From contig NC_087251.1 of assembly GCF_037042905.1 (NCBI RefSeq), positions 37,636,001 to 37,700,000 on the forward strand: a stretch of 64,000 nt of DNA, read 5' to 3'. The DNA is from Lytechinus pictus (lineage: Eukaryota). Shown piece after piece: positions 1-11,925 of the stretch. Within the stretch, counting starts at the first letter, position 1. Every line of letters starts with the position of its first letter. The position numbers and the translations under genes are program-made. A model generated the notes under the pieces. That model ran no database searches. It saw only the letters and a list, made by a program, of their open reading frames with translations, and was not told where the DNA came from.

Positions 1-975
1 TATTTTATTTTACAAATCAAATCACAGTACTTTTAAGCAAAATTCATGAATCAAGTTAAAATCATTTTAAGTAGGCCATGTACCCATACATACATCTAAA
101 AACAATAGCAGTTGCATCCAATCAGGCATTTAATGTGTGAGTAAAGTTCAACTGTGGTCTGCAGACCTTCCTCCTCGTACTTGACTAGATGCACCCTACA
201 GGTATATTGACAAAAAGAAATGACTGCAATTAGAAAAAAGAAATAGACAGGAGATAAGTAATATTTATAACCATTATTAAAAACTTACATTTATAAAGCA
301 TTTAGGTTAGATGTGTAAGTTAACACTTGCATATTTATAAGTTCCCATATTATTTTTAGAAGCTGGCCAAGGCTCCTTCGCACGTGAACCTACACTGAAA
401 AATAATAATTGTTCATGAGGCTATTAAGTACATGTAACTTTAAGTGAGGTGGGCATGAACTTCGGTTACTTGATTTGTGAACCAATCACTTGACTTTTAT
501 TACCAAATTCTTGTTTCTGAATAATGGGTATTGGCCTTCATCTTGTCACTTGACTTAGCCCTAGACCTTTTTCCTTCCTTTCTTCATTGGTTTGGTTAGC
601 AATGCAACAACAGGATTGGCTCAGATTTTTTTGCAGTGCCAGCTAGTACCAGACTATTGGTTGGGCTTAGGCCTTTCTTGGCCTCACAGATGATACAGGA
701 CTCAGCAGCAATTTGTCAGTGATCTTGTTAAAAGATTTAAGTTACAAATCAATCTGAAGTTTTGAAGCAGATTGATAAAAACTGATAAAAATCTATATGT
801 TTGGTTTTCGCAATTAGGTATAGTGCATAATGCAGAGTCTGAAGCAGTGAGACTAGATTCACTTCATGTACTGTTGCTGGCTCTTATTTGACACGAAGCC
901 TTTTTTGCCGTCTGGCGTCTAGTCTTCACTCAAGACATGGTTTAGTTAAACTTTAAGTGTCAAATATGAGTCTAT

Positions 976-1402
976 GACACCGTTTTTTGAATTATGCTTT
1001 CTAAAACTAGTTTACCAGGAAACCAGTTTGGAAGATCGCTTTGCTAGCGTTGCCATTTGATCACACGAAAGTGGTTTTCAAAATCATTTCACGTAAAGCG
1101 ATCTTGTTGCTATGGAAATGGTGGGTTGACACGTTTCGTGCGAAATTTGAAACCGCAGCGTAGGCATTTTACACCTGTCGTGTGGAGTAGCGTGCTCAAA
1201 ATGTGCGAAGATCGCTTCCTGAAGAACGGTTTTGTCTTCACGCTAAAACCAGTTTAACGAGGCAAAGCGATCTTGAAAACTATATCGTGAGGTGGTTTTC
1301 TGAACCAGTTTGGAAGATCGCTTCCAAGATCGCTTCGACCGTTCTCACTTCACGTTAAACTAGTTCCAGTATTAGTTTTAGGAAGGTAGTGAGAACGGTG
1401 TC
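976..1402. mobile_element. Non-autonomous DNA transposon (MITE), PIF/Harbinger-like
   Basis: Ends GACACCGTT...GAGAACGGTGTC with 3-bp TSD TAT/TAT; inverted copy at 28063-28523. Confidence 0.8.
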
Positions 1403-2901
1403 TATGCTTGCAGACGAGGCACATACTGTCAGAACATGATGTATGCCAGAATGAAAATGCGCATTACACTCATCAAGTTGTCTGTAGATACATGAATATC
1501 TCATGAAATTATACTTCCTGTAAGGATTATAAATGTATATCATTTGCATTCTAGTGGTATAGCTTTCATGAATTGAGCTTCATGGTATGTCGTCTGTGTG
1601 TTGCTTGCCTTGCAACAGTTGAATAACTTTTCTTTAAACAAGTCAATGAATTCTAAGAGAATAAAAATGCAAGGTAGCAGATTTGTGTTAAGATTTTCTC
1701 ATTAATTAAATGATTTGCCTCATCGTTATGAAAATTTAGTCACATCTATACTATCATCTAACTGTACATAATTATGCTTCTTTTGTGCATTGAATTTAAA
1801 ATAGGGTTGCATTTTAATCTCTAAAGTATTTCATTTTTATGACTGCTGATAACATTTAATAAGTCTGAACTGTATATGTGATTATATGATAGTGTTGCAG
1901 CTCATGGAAGTCTGAGAAGAAATGAAACATTAATTATTTCTGCAAGATTTATCCGAGTATCCTCTCAAAGCTACAAGTGCTCATCTTGGTTGATAGTTAA
2001 GCTCACTGTATGATTCACTTGTGTGTAATCAGTAACAAACGGTCTAGGCTGTCCCTTGTACACAGCCAGCCAGCCAGTCCACATGCATGTTCTTCTTTCT
2101 TGCAGCTGGTAATTGCGTACGAGTGACGCGCTCGTTTGTGTGTCACTCTGCAGGACGGGCTGGCAGCTTCCGTGGCAGGAAATCCCACCAGTTTGAGTTA
2201 AGGCCACAAAGTTCATTATTTTCTCTGCTGGAGAAATTTCTATTCCTTTGAGAAACCATTTTCTGACCCAAATCAAATATAGGCAATGCACTTGAAGGCT
2301 TGTTTTTATTTATTGTATTTGTTTTCCTTGTGTGTTGTGTGTGTGTGTGGGGGGGGGGGTAGTATATTTTATGAATGTGTTTTTCTTTTCATACACTAGT
2401 CATTCCTTTTTCTTATACTATCAACTGGCTCCTTGACAAAATTTAGATTAAAAGCAAGCCATTGGCTAAAATGTCCTAAAAAGGATCATACAACACCCAT
2501 TGAGCTTGTTGTACGCAAATGAAGAGGAGGCTGAAGGTACTACATTTGTATGATTGCATAAAATACCCAATCAAATGGTACCATTGCACGGCTATATACA
2601 TCCAGTATACCTACATGTACTTGTGAAATACGCACTGCTGCTACAGATGTGCGCTTGAATCACTGCTACCTCGGCATGCTGCTCAGGGATCTTGTTTTTT
2701 GCTTACAATAGTTGTGGCCTCATTTTAATGAATGACCGGAGGAAAAAAAAGATTACCATTCACAGTATTCATGTTTTTTTGCAATGGCGAGATTTCGCAT
2801 TTTGTGACAGACAAACATTATTCAATCCGGCTACCCTTCGTTGAAGAGAGTAGTTTTTTCACCTCATGCCCCATGCCTCTTTGCTCTTTGTATACTTTTA
2901 A

Positions 2902-3480
2902 AGGACAAGTCCACCCAAAGAAAAAGTTGATTTGAATAAAAAGAGAAATCCAACAAGCATAACACTGAAAATTTCATCAAAATCGGATGTAAAATAAGAA
3001 AGTTATGACATTTTAAAGTTTTGCTTAATTTCACAAAACATCCCTGTTGGTATGCAAATGAGGGGACTGATGACATCACTCACTCACTACTTCTTTTGTA
3101 TTTCATTATATGAAATATTCAAATTTTCTCATTTTCATGTGAAACAAAGTTCTATTTCTCCCTGAACATGTGGAATTACCAATGTTTAACATTTTATGGT
3201 TCAGTCAAGTTGGTCCCTTTGGTCAAATCTGTAAAAATTGAAATATTGTATAATTAAAAAAATAAAAAACAAAAGAAATATTGAGTGATGGACATCAGCG
3301 ACTCTGTCATTTGCATGTGACTAAATTGTGCATATAACTATTATGTGAAAAATAAGCAAAAGTTTAAAATGTCATAACTTACTTATTTTACTTCCGATTT
3401 TGATGAAATTTTCACCATTATACTAGTCTGATTTTTCTCTATTGATTCAAATCAAAATTTTCCTGGGGTGGACTTGACCT
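2902..3480. mobile_element. Kolobok-like MITE, family A
   Basis: ttaa|AGGACAAGTCCACCC...GGGGTGGACTTGACCT|ttga; ~140 bp imperfect TIRs; four copies in the window. Confidence 0.85.
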
Positions 3481-4098
3481 TTGAAAAAGGAATAGGTTAT
3501 TATCTGTTTGTTAGGTCTGATTGTTTTAGAACAAGGAGAAAAAAAGAAAAAATATAAACATGGGCACTAACAATTGTTACGTGAAAGCATTTGATTCATG
3601 TGTAACTTTCCAAAGATTGTACTGCTGTTTGATTGATGCTCACACTCATATTCATTAGCATCTTAATCTCAATCAGGATCTATGAAATCATATTATCTTG
3701 TGTGCAAAGTTCTTACGATATGATAATCATTTGAGGGCGGAAAAGGGGCTTAAACATGAATTGTAAATTATTGTACCTCTTTATTTATCAATAAATTGTC
3801 AATAATAGACATGGAGGATTGAAAATTCAGATTATCTGGGGCTGCTTTTATTTTAATACGTAGAAAATTGAACTGGAATATGAAGAAGTATAGGGTGTTA
3901 CTCCTTGTTTTCATTTTTATGAGTTGTGGAGGAAAGCAAATGAGACAAAAGTTTCAGCTTCCCAGGAATATTTTTTCGTATAAATGAAGCAAGTTTCTGG
4001 CTATTAATATATTTGAATAAAAAATGTTTCCATTATGAATGATGAATTTTATTCAAAGTATTACAATTTTCTTCTGTTCTCTTGACAGTGTTGTCACG

Positions 4099-5752
4099 AT
4101 GGCGACAGGGAGCCACCTTGCAGTCAATCTGCAAGAGTTGGAGATGCTAAAACGTGAGATGCCTCAACAGATCCCGGCAGGGGTGCAGCGGAGCACCTCT
4201 TTGGACAGCATGCCACCCCCAGCCCAGCCAGCACCCGTGGCAAACAATACCGATCGCCTACAGCAGCAGCCACAACCATCCCTGGCTGGTATACCAGAAT
4301 TACACAACTCCTTGTCGTCTCCTCCTCAAGCGTGCCCTGTACAGAGAAGCCGTAGTTTACCCCTCCTAGATGCCAGCCAGGAAATACCTGCTGAAATTCT
4401 AGCACAACTGGCCGAAAGAGAAAACGAACAGATGGTAGTCAATGATGTTGGACAGCACTCTCTTCAGCGGCAACAGCAGCAGCAACAACAAGATGCACAA
4501 GAACCACAACCTGCACCTCAGCAACCACATCAACAGCACAACCTTAACAGTAGAATCAGCGATAGCACAAGTACATGCAACTCCATTAGTATCAGTAACA
4601 TTGTGTCCAACAGCAGTAATGTGAATAACGTACCATTTTCAGACTATATGCAGGCATCTCAGTATAGACTTCTCACACAATCTCAGCTACAGCAAGCAAC
4701 TCACCTACAGGAAAACTCACAGCCCCTAAATCTAAGCCAGACAGCGGAGGTTAGACAGATTCTTAGTCAGGGCCTACCCTCCCATATCCCGAGGGTTGCT
4801 AACTTTGGTGGACGTCATGTCCAAGTTGGAAGAGATGATCTTCCACTTGACTGGTCCAACTTCCAACAGGCAGCAAGATACGGTATTCGTCCAAGTGAGC
4901 CACGTCTAGGATTTCCACCAGCTATGTTGCCTCCTGCCATTGGCCAAATGCCTCCTACATTTAATCCAGCTTTTTCTGGAAGAGGGATTGATTCGTATGG
5001 AGTAGGGGCAAGTGCTGAAGGTATCCGTTATAGCATGCCAAGTGCTATGAACCCCAATCTTCAGAAGCCTCATATGCCATTGTCAGTTTTTGCCCGGCAG
5101 CATGCCTTTATTAAGGAAGAAGTTGGCCGTCAGTCTCCTAAGGATGCAACTCGATTGCTGCACGTTCCGATGGACCATGTTGAAAACAACAACGATAAGT
5201 CTTCGCCTAACATCCAGGCTATGTCAGATGGCTCAACGAGTAACATAGCTGAGAAAAACATGATGCCCTTGTCAGTGAGTGTATCCGTCGCATTTTCAGA
5301 ACCTAGTCAGGACAGCCCCTCGTTCTCGCAACAGAGCAATAGTCCTGCACTTCTTAAACCTGCAGCTGATCAGACGCTCAGCATGATTAACTATCATGAG
5401 GATCATCTCCTGTCCGACACTGGGCTCATGTCCAATAGCCCGGTTCCTAGCTCGCTGGATGAGAACTTTCTCAACAGCAACATGATCATCGGCACCAACT
5501 CGGCTGCCAGATTGAGTGATGCGACCAATCTGACAGGGCTAGATTCTAACCCACCCAGTGTGAAGATGGAAGGGTTTGACTTGTTTGAAGGCAGTGGGGA
5601 CGTTGATGAACAGAACTATATCACCGATTCCATCTCACCTCAGTCTTTGAGTATGGAAGACTCTAATCAGGGACTACCTCATGGCATGCAACAAGGTCAT
5701 GGGAATCCAAGGCCTCTCAGTCAGTCTAGTATGTCTGCAGCTCACGCTAGAG
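4099..5752 (+). CDS. Large first coding exon (551 codons + 1 nt) encoding a low-complexity Q/S/P/N-rich N-terminus; probably the same gene as the zinc-finger exon at 47995
   Basis: Lies within the 575-codon ORF in AT-rich DNA. Acceptor ttcttctgttctcttgacAG ends at 4088, strong Kozak context cacgATGG at 4099, donor AG|GTAAGC at 5752/5753 (phase 1). Phase matches the 47995 exon (G+GT = Gly). Confidence 0.88.
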
Positions 5753-6974
5753 GTAAGCAAAAATAATATTATTAGTGATGCTAGAATTAAAAAATAAAAA
5801 ATAAATATTGAATCACAATTTAAGACAATGAGTCAGTACATGGCTGGGATGGCTTGTATTAGTGTTATCACAATTCTGTTTGTTTGAAAATCACTGGTTT
5901 TTCTTTTTTTTCTGCTCAAGATGCATTATGCATCTAAAAATAATATAATACAAGCATCAGTGTTTTACAATTGTGAATGGGTTCATGATTACAGATCTCT
6001 CAATTTAATTCAGTGCGAAAGATGCACATTTCTCAAATGGGAGTGGATAAATGGTACCATGAATGACAACATGCACCATTTGTTTTATGTAATGACTGTT
6101 CTGTAGTATACAAATGATGCATAATTGATAGTGAGTTAAGGTGATGCAGCAAAAATATTCATAATGGTGCAGCAAGCACTAAGGCATTAGCCAAATGGTC
6201 TTGTACAACAAGTGTTGTAAATATTTTGGATGCCTGCATCACCAATAATTGTGTAAACCAACTGGTGCATTATTTGTTTTATAATACAGGTTGAAAATGT
6301 GACAGCAGAAAAATTGTGTAGATAACCACAAGAAATGTAGAGTCAACCAGCCATTTGCTTTCTTGTGTGATCCACATCACATTTGAAGTCAGCTTTAATT
6401 GAAATAAATTTATGTGTACATTTATGCACATCAACAATGTCCTTGCCATACTAAAGAAGGTTGGAAAGGGCTAAACTCTGTATACTTTTCAGGAAAAAAA
6501 TATGTGATGATTTAAAAAACTGACATGTGACGTATTTAATCATTTAATTGATTGTATTGATGTTTACATGAAATCTGTTGAAAAAAATAATTGACATGGA
6601 TACCATGAATATGATATTGCAATAGCATAGCCTATTTATATATGAAAGGCACAGATTGATCTTATTCAGACATTTGTTGTATTCAGAGGATTTTTTCAGC
6701 AAAGCTCGCTTTATTCTCCAGAATTCATAAAGGGAATTTGAATGTGTCCGTAAAGGTGCATGACTGGGCAAGCTGGATGCAGTGTGCAGTCCCAGAAATG
6801 TTTGATGTTTCATCAGTTTAGTCACGGTTGAGAGAGTGCTATTGGGGGCACTCAATTTGTGGCGGGATCTAGCATAATGAGTGCATCTGTAACGCAAGAT
6901 GTGCATGGCTACTTCAGGAGCACATCTTGTCTGCTCTCGTGTGCCTAGGGAAAGTCCAGGGTAATATTGATCGG

Positions 6975-7212
6975 GAGAGTGGTGGAGAGAGAAAGCAAAG
7001 GGGAAGGAGACGAGAGGGAGAGAGTGGTGAAGAGAGAAAGCGGAGGGAGAGTGTGGTGGAGAGAGAAAGCGAAGGGTAAGGAGAGTGGAGTGAGAGAGGA
7101 GAGTGGTCGAGAGAGAAAGGTAATGGGCAGGAGAGGAAGGGAGAGAGAGGCAGAGAGTGTCGGATAAATAAGCGAAGAGAAGGGGAAGGAGACGGAAAGG
7201 AAGAGAGAGGAG
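6975..7212. repeat. GA-rich low-complexity / degenerate (GA)n tract
   Basis: Almost pure purine run with gagagtgg and gagagaaag subunits. Confidence 0.85.
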
Positions 7213-8302
7213 TGACTGGAGGACCACATAGATACATTAAATGTGAAGCCCATAGAAAGGTTGATACAGTGCATTGCTTATGTTGGTGGATGCTACTTTC
7301 CCCTCATTGCTCAACTTGTTTAGTATAGTAAAGGCTAGAACATGACTTTTCATTGGTAGAAGAAACTTGTGATAGGCTTTAGAAAGTAGGTTGTGCAGAA
7401 TCAAGGTACTACAGATATATTTTTCTAATTTTGAAACAGAAAAAGTAAAAAACAGAATATGGAGCCAAAACTGATTCTGATTATGTGATTTTAAACAGAA
7501 AAATTGATGTTTATCAATAAGTTGTATCAGGATTTAAATAAAATCAAACATTTGAAAAACAAACTGTATTTTCATTTTACTGTTATTTACAAAATTATTG
7601 TTTTCTATAATTTCTCTGTGTAATGGAAAGTCAACGTTGTTTTAGACTTTTTTTTTATTGTAAAAGACCCAATAAGAAAATTAAACACTTGTTTGCATTT
7701 AGTTTTATTTTTTTAAGACAAAATAGAAAAGTGATCACCTATTTTGTATTTCTTTTCCTGTTTTTGTTTTTGAGTCGACAAAATATAAAATTAATCACCT
7801 TTTCTGATTTTCTCCTGTTTTTGTTGTTGTTGTTGCCAGGCCTGTATTATACAGGTTGCATGTACAGTAATACCCGGTACATAGGCCTTTAACTTGTATA
7901 CAGCCCTACCTGTTATACCTACATGTCCTAGAAATGGATGGGTTCCTGTACAAAGCCAATAAACAACTAAATTCAGTTGGCGACAGGTTAAGGGAAGTTA
8001 GTATCTTTACACAGGATTCAAAGTCAATCCCTTTTCCAGTTTCTGTTGTTATTACTTTTGCAAACCTTAAGGTTAGACAGGAATCGTCAGAGCTTTGAAA
8101 TTTAAACGACCATTCATGCATCGATAGAAAATTCATATCTCAATATGTACACCATACATGGAAGAATTCTTCTGGTATGCGCAGCTCTCCATGCAAAAAA
8201 AAAAAACATCCACAAGGCAGTAGGCCCTATTATGCATTGTGCGTGGCAAATGGTCCAGGTGAAAATTAATATAATATGACACTTTCTGGGCCTACTCTTT
8301 AA

Positions 8303-8886
8303 AGGACAAGTCCACCCCAACAAAAAGTTGATTTGAATAAAAAGAGAAAAATCCAAAAAGCGTAACACTGAAAATTTCATTGAAATCGGATGTATAATAA
8401 GAAAGTTATGACTTTTTAAAGTTTCGCTTAATTTCACAAAACATTTCTATTCACATCCTGGTCGGTATGCAAATGAGGAGACTTATGACGTCATCCACTC
8501 ACTATTTCTTTTGTACTTTATTATGTGAAATATGAAATATTCTAATTTTCTCCTCATTGTCAAGTGAAACAACGATTAATTCCTCCCTGAACATATGGAG
8601 TAAGCATTGTTTGATACTATATGTGTCAGTCAAGTTGGTCCTTGTTGTCAAATCTGTAAAAAATAAAAATTGTATAATTCGAACAATAAAAAACAAATGA
8701 AATAGTGAGTGATGGACATCATCGACTGATTCATTGCATATCACTGTTTTGTGAAAAATAAGCGAAACTTTAAAATTCCATAACTTTCTTATTTTACATC
8801 CGATTTTGATGAAATTTTCAGCTTTATGCTAGTTTGATTTTTCTCTATTTATTCAAATCAACATTTTTCTGGGGTGGACTTGACCT
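8303..8886. mobile_element. Kolobok-like MITE, family A
   Basis: TTAA|AGGACAAGTCCACCCC...GGGGTGGACTTGACCT|TTAA; perfect TTAA TSD. Confidence 0.9.
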
Positions 8887-11090
8887 TTAAGCTCACCAGC
8901 CAAACTTTGCTTCATTGTATTACAGTTTAGATTGAACCCTATGGCAATTTCAGGGGCTTTTTTTTAATTCTCCAAGGCTCTTGGGGTGAATTTGGGGGTG
9001 AATTAACCATGAGCCCCTGTTTAATTTGTCATGGGCAAACCTCGATGATTCTTTGCTTTAACAAATTTTAAAAAAAGATATTGATTATTCACTAGATCTA
9101 AATTCTGTTATAAATATCAAAGCATTTATGTAGCTCTCCTACTGCTGAAGCTTATCTCCAGAGTTGAAATCTAGTTTTGGTTGCAAAAATAATTTTGGTC
9201 TGATTCTGATATAGTCTCAAATTATCCACCTTGATTTTTTTTTTTTACACATTTGACATCTGATATTTATGCCCATGATTTCTGTTGAATTTCAGGGTAA
9301 ACTTTACATTTTATTTTCTTTGATATATACAGTGTATAAATCATTAACGTCACCTTTGACCTACTAATATTCACTCTTGTGGGACAAGTAACTGGTGGTT
9401 ACATGTATCTGTACATTTTTTCAGCCATGTGAATTTGGGATTTTATGTACCCTGGTCAAGAGATAAAAACAACAATGCTTCATTACCAAGGGATGTTAAA
9501 AATCTCAGCATCTTAGTTTAACTTTTAAAATTGCCAAGGGACGTTTCAGCATTTCAGTTTTGCTTTTAAATATTGCCAATGCTACTGAATACAGTAAATT
9601 CTAATGAAAACTGCCCCTTGGGCCTACCAAATACACTCACTTGATTAATTACATATTCATACTGATAAAAATTTGTGCATCTTATATAGCTAAATAAAAA
9701 AAAAGTATTGACATCTATAAGCCTTTAATTTCCCAGAAGGCTTCATTCAATCATTTCAATCCAATCCTTTCTGTCACGAATACCATCCAAATAATCAGTG
9801 TATGGAAGGTTGCGCATTAAGTGTTTATTAGAATCATAGTCAGTGACATTCATCAATAGTGTTTGACCTTGATCTCTATGCACATGAATCCAGACTAGAG
9901 TACAGTAGTCGTGATTAAGATCTTACTGAAGTCTAACTTGTCATTCAGAATAATTACTTGTGTCAGTGTTCCAAGCTGACTATGACTAATACTGAGTGGC
10001 TCTTTAAAAATAACTGTATCTTGCAGTGCCCTGTAAATTTATTATGCAGATTTGGGTTGAATAAACAGTAGACAGGAAACCAGTGTCGCTCAGTGTTGTT
10101 TTAATCCGCTGTGAAAGCCAACGAGAGATTCACATTGTCAGTTAAATTCTAACGAAGTCTTTCCTGATAACCATTTATCATTTTTTAACCAATTCGAAAA
10201 CAATGAAGGGCTGCATAGAATAATTTGGCGTTCCAAGTTTAATTAGCATTTTTGGTCACTAGAGAAAAGCCCTAAACTACGTTCTGTACAGTCTGATATC
10301 TGCTATACGAAAGACATTTTGTGTAGTAGTCTTTTAAAAAAAGAGCAAGTTGCGATGCCAAAAAAATAATTCCCTTGGCTATGTGAGGTGATATTTGAAA
10401 ATTTGTAAATCTGTTGGAGTTTAAAATATTCATGAATCAGTTATAAATTTGAGTGTGTGGAGCAAAAATTTACTCTACATCTTTAGGTCCGTAACTCCTA
10501 TTCTTGTTTCTGGAATGATAAGTTTGGAGAAATAATTTGTTATACTATGTTTACAATTTTATTGATACTATCCATTCTGAATCATCCAGGACCTAAATTC
10601 AAGGTATGGATTTTTATTTTGTTGTTTATGGCACAATTGCATGTATCAATGATACATAAACCTGCTTTATAGCATATATCTAAGAAAAACAAAAAAAAAC
10701 TCCAATGCAGTGATCGTGCAATTCCTGATCACTGCAGAAACAGGAAATCTGTCCACTTTTTCTGGATTGTCAGAGAATTGACAACTCGTCAGTGCTGACA
10801 TCATTCATGACATCATTCAAAATTGTAAATATTTCCTGGACAACTTCTCCTATTATCAATACACTCTTATTTCCTTGGAAATGTTTCAGTGGCTAGAGGT
10901 GATTATTTTGCCATCACGAATGCTAAGAAAGCATGAAAGCTTCATTGCTTTTCAATGTTTTTGCCATTTTTGATTGATTACAATCCAATGGTAAAAACCA
11001 AAAAGTGTGTTTTCATATCAGTTTATGTAATTTGTATAAAGGATGTTAGGCAAATCTCAATGAGATCCCCCTCCCCCATTATCCCTTTAC

Positions 11091-11925
11091 TTTTTGTCTC
11101 GCCTCCATAGCAGAGCAAGACTATATGTAGGCGCCGCTTTTCTGATGGCGGCGTCGGCATCAAATCTTAACCTAAGGTTAAGTTTTTGAAATGACATTAT
11201 AAATGGACCTAGTTCATGAAACATGGACATAAGAGTAATCAAGTATTACTGAACATCCCGCTTGAATTTCAGGTCACGCAACCAAGGTCAAAGGTAATTT
11301 AGGGTCAATGAACTCGTGAATTTCCATCATAACTTTGAACGTTTATAGAGCTAGTTCATAAAACTTGGACATAAGAGTAATCAAGTATCTCTGAACATCC
11401 TGTGCAAGTTTCAGGTCGGTCACATGATCAAGGTCAAAGGTAATTTAGGGTCAATGAAGTTTTGCTATGTTGAGGGTATTTATTGAACTACCATCGTAAC
11501 TTTGAACGTTAATGGATCTACTTTCTAAAACTTGGACATAAGAGTAATCAAGTATGGCTGAACATCCTTTGTGAGTTTCAGGTCACACGACCAAGGTCGA
11601 AGGTCATTTAAGGTCGATGAACTTTGGCCAAGTTGTAGGTAATTGTTGAATTGCCATCATAACTTTGAAAGGTTATGGATATACATGTAGTTGATGAAAT
11701 GTGGACATAGGGGTAATCCAGTATTATTGCTCATCTTGCACAAGTCGTAGGTCACTTGATCAAGGTCAAATGTCATTTAGGGTCAATGAACGTAGTAGCA
11801 TGTTATTATAAGAATGGTGTCTTTTTGTGAATAATTGTTTCATAGTCATAATTTTCAAAGTCAGCACTGCTGCTATATTGAATCGCGTAATGCAGGCGAG
11901 ACTGACAGATGCACTCCACTTGTTT
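11091..11925 (+). mobile_element. Non-autonomous Helentron/HINE-type element with ~4 internal tandem repeats of ~140-170 bp
   Basis: T-run flanks, subterminal inverted repeat GTCTCGCCT(C)CA / TGCAGGCGAGAC; repeat anchor GACATA(A/G)G..TAATC at 11226, 11368, 11535 and 11704; no TSD. Confidence 0.75.

Noticed and set aside
4039..4098. ORF-track start MMNFIQSITIFFCSLDS
   Set aside because: Runs through the polypyrimidine tract and acceptor AG at 4087-4088; the ATG at 4099 has the better context.
4124..4624. Short alternative-frame and antisense ORFs in the large exon
   Set aside because: Shadow frames of the main coding exon.
6544..7274. Overlapping ORFs of 66-227 aa
   Set aside because: Driven by the GA-rich tract; low complexity and no recognisable domain.
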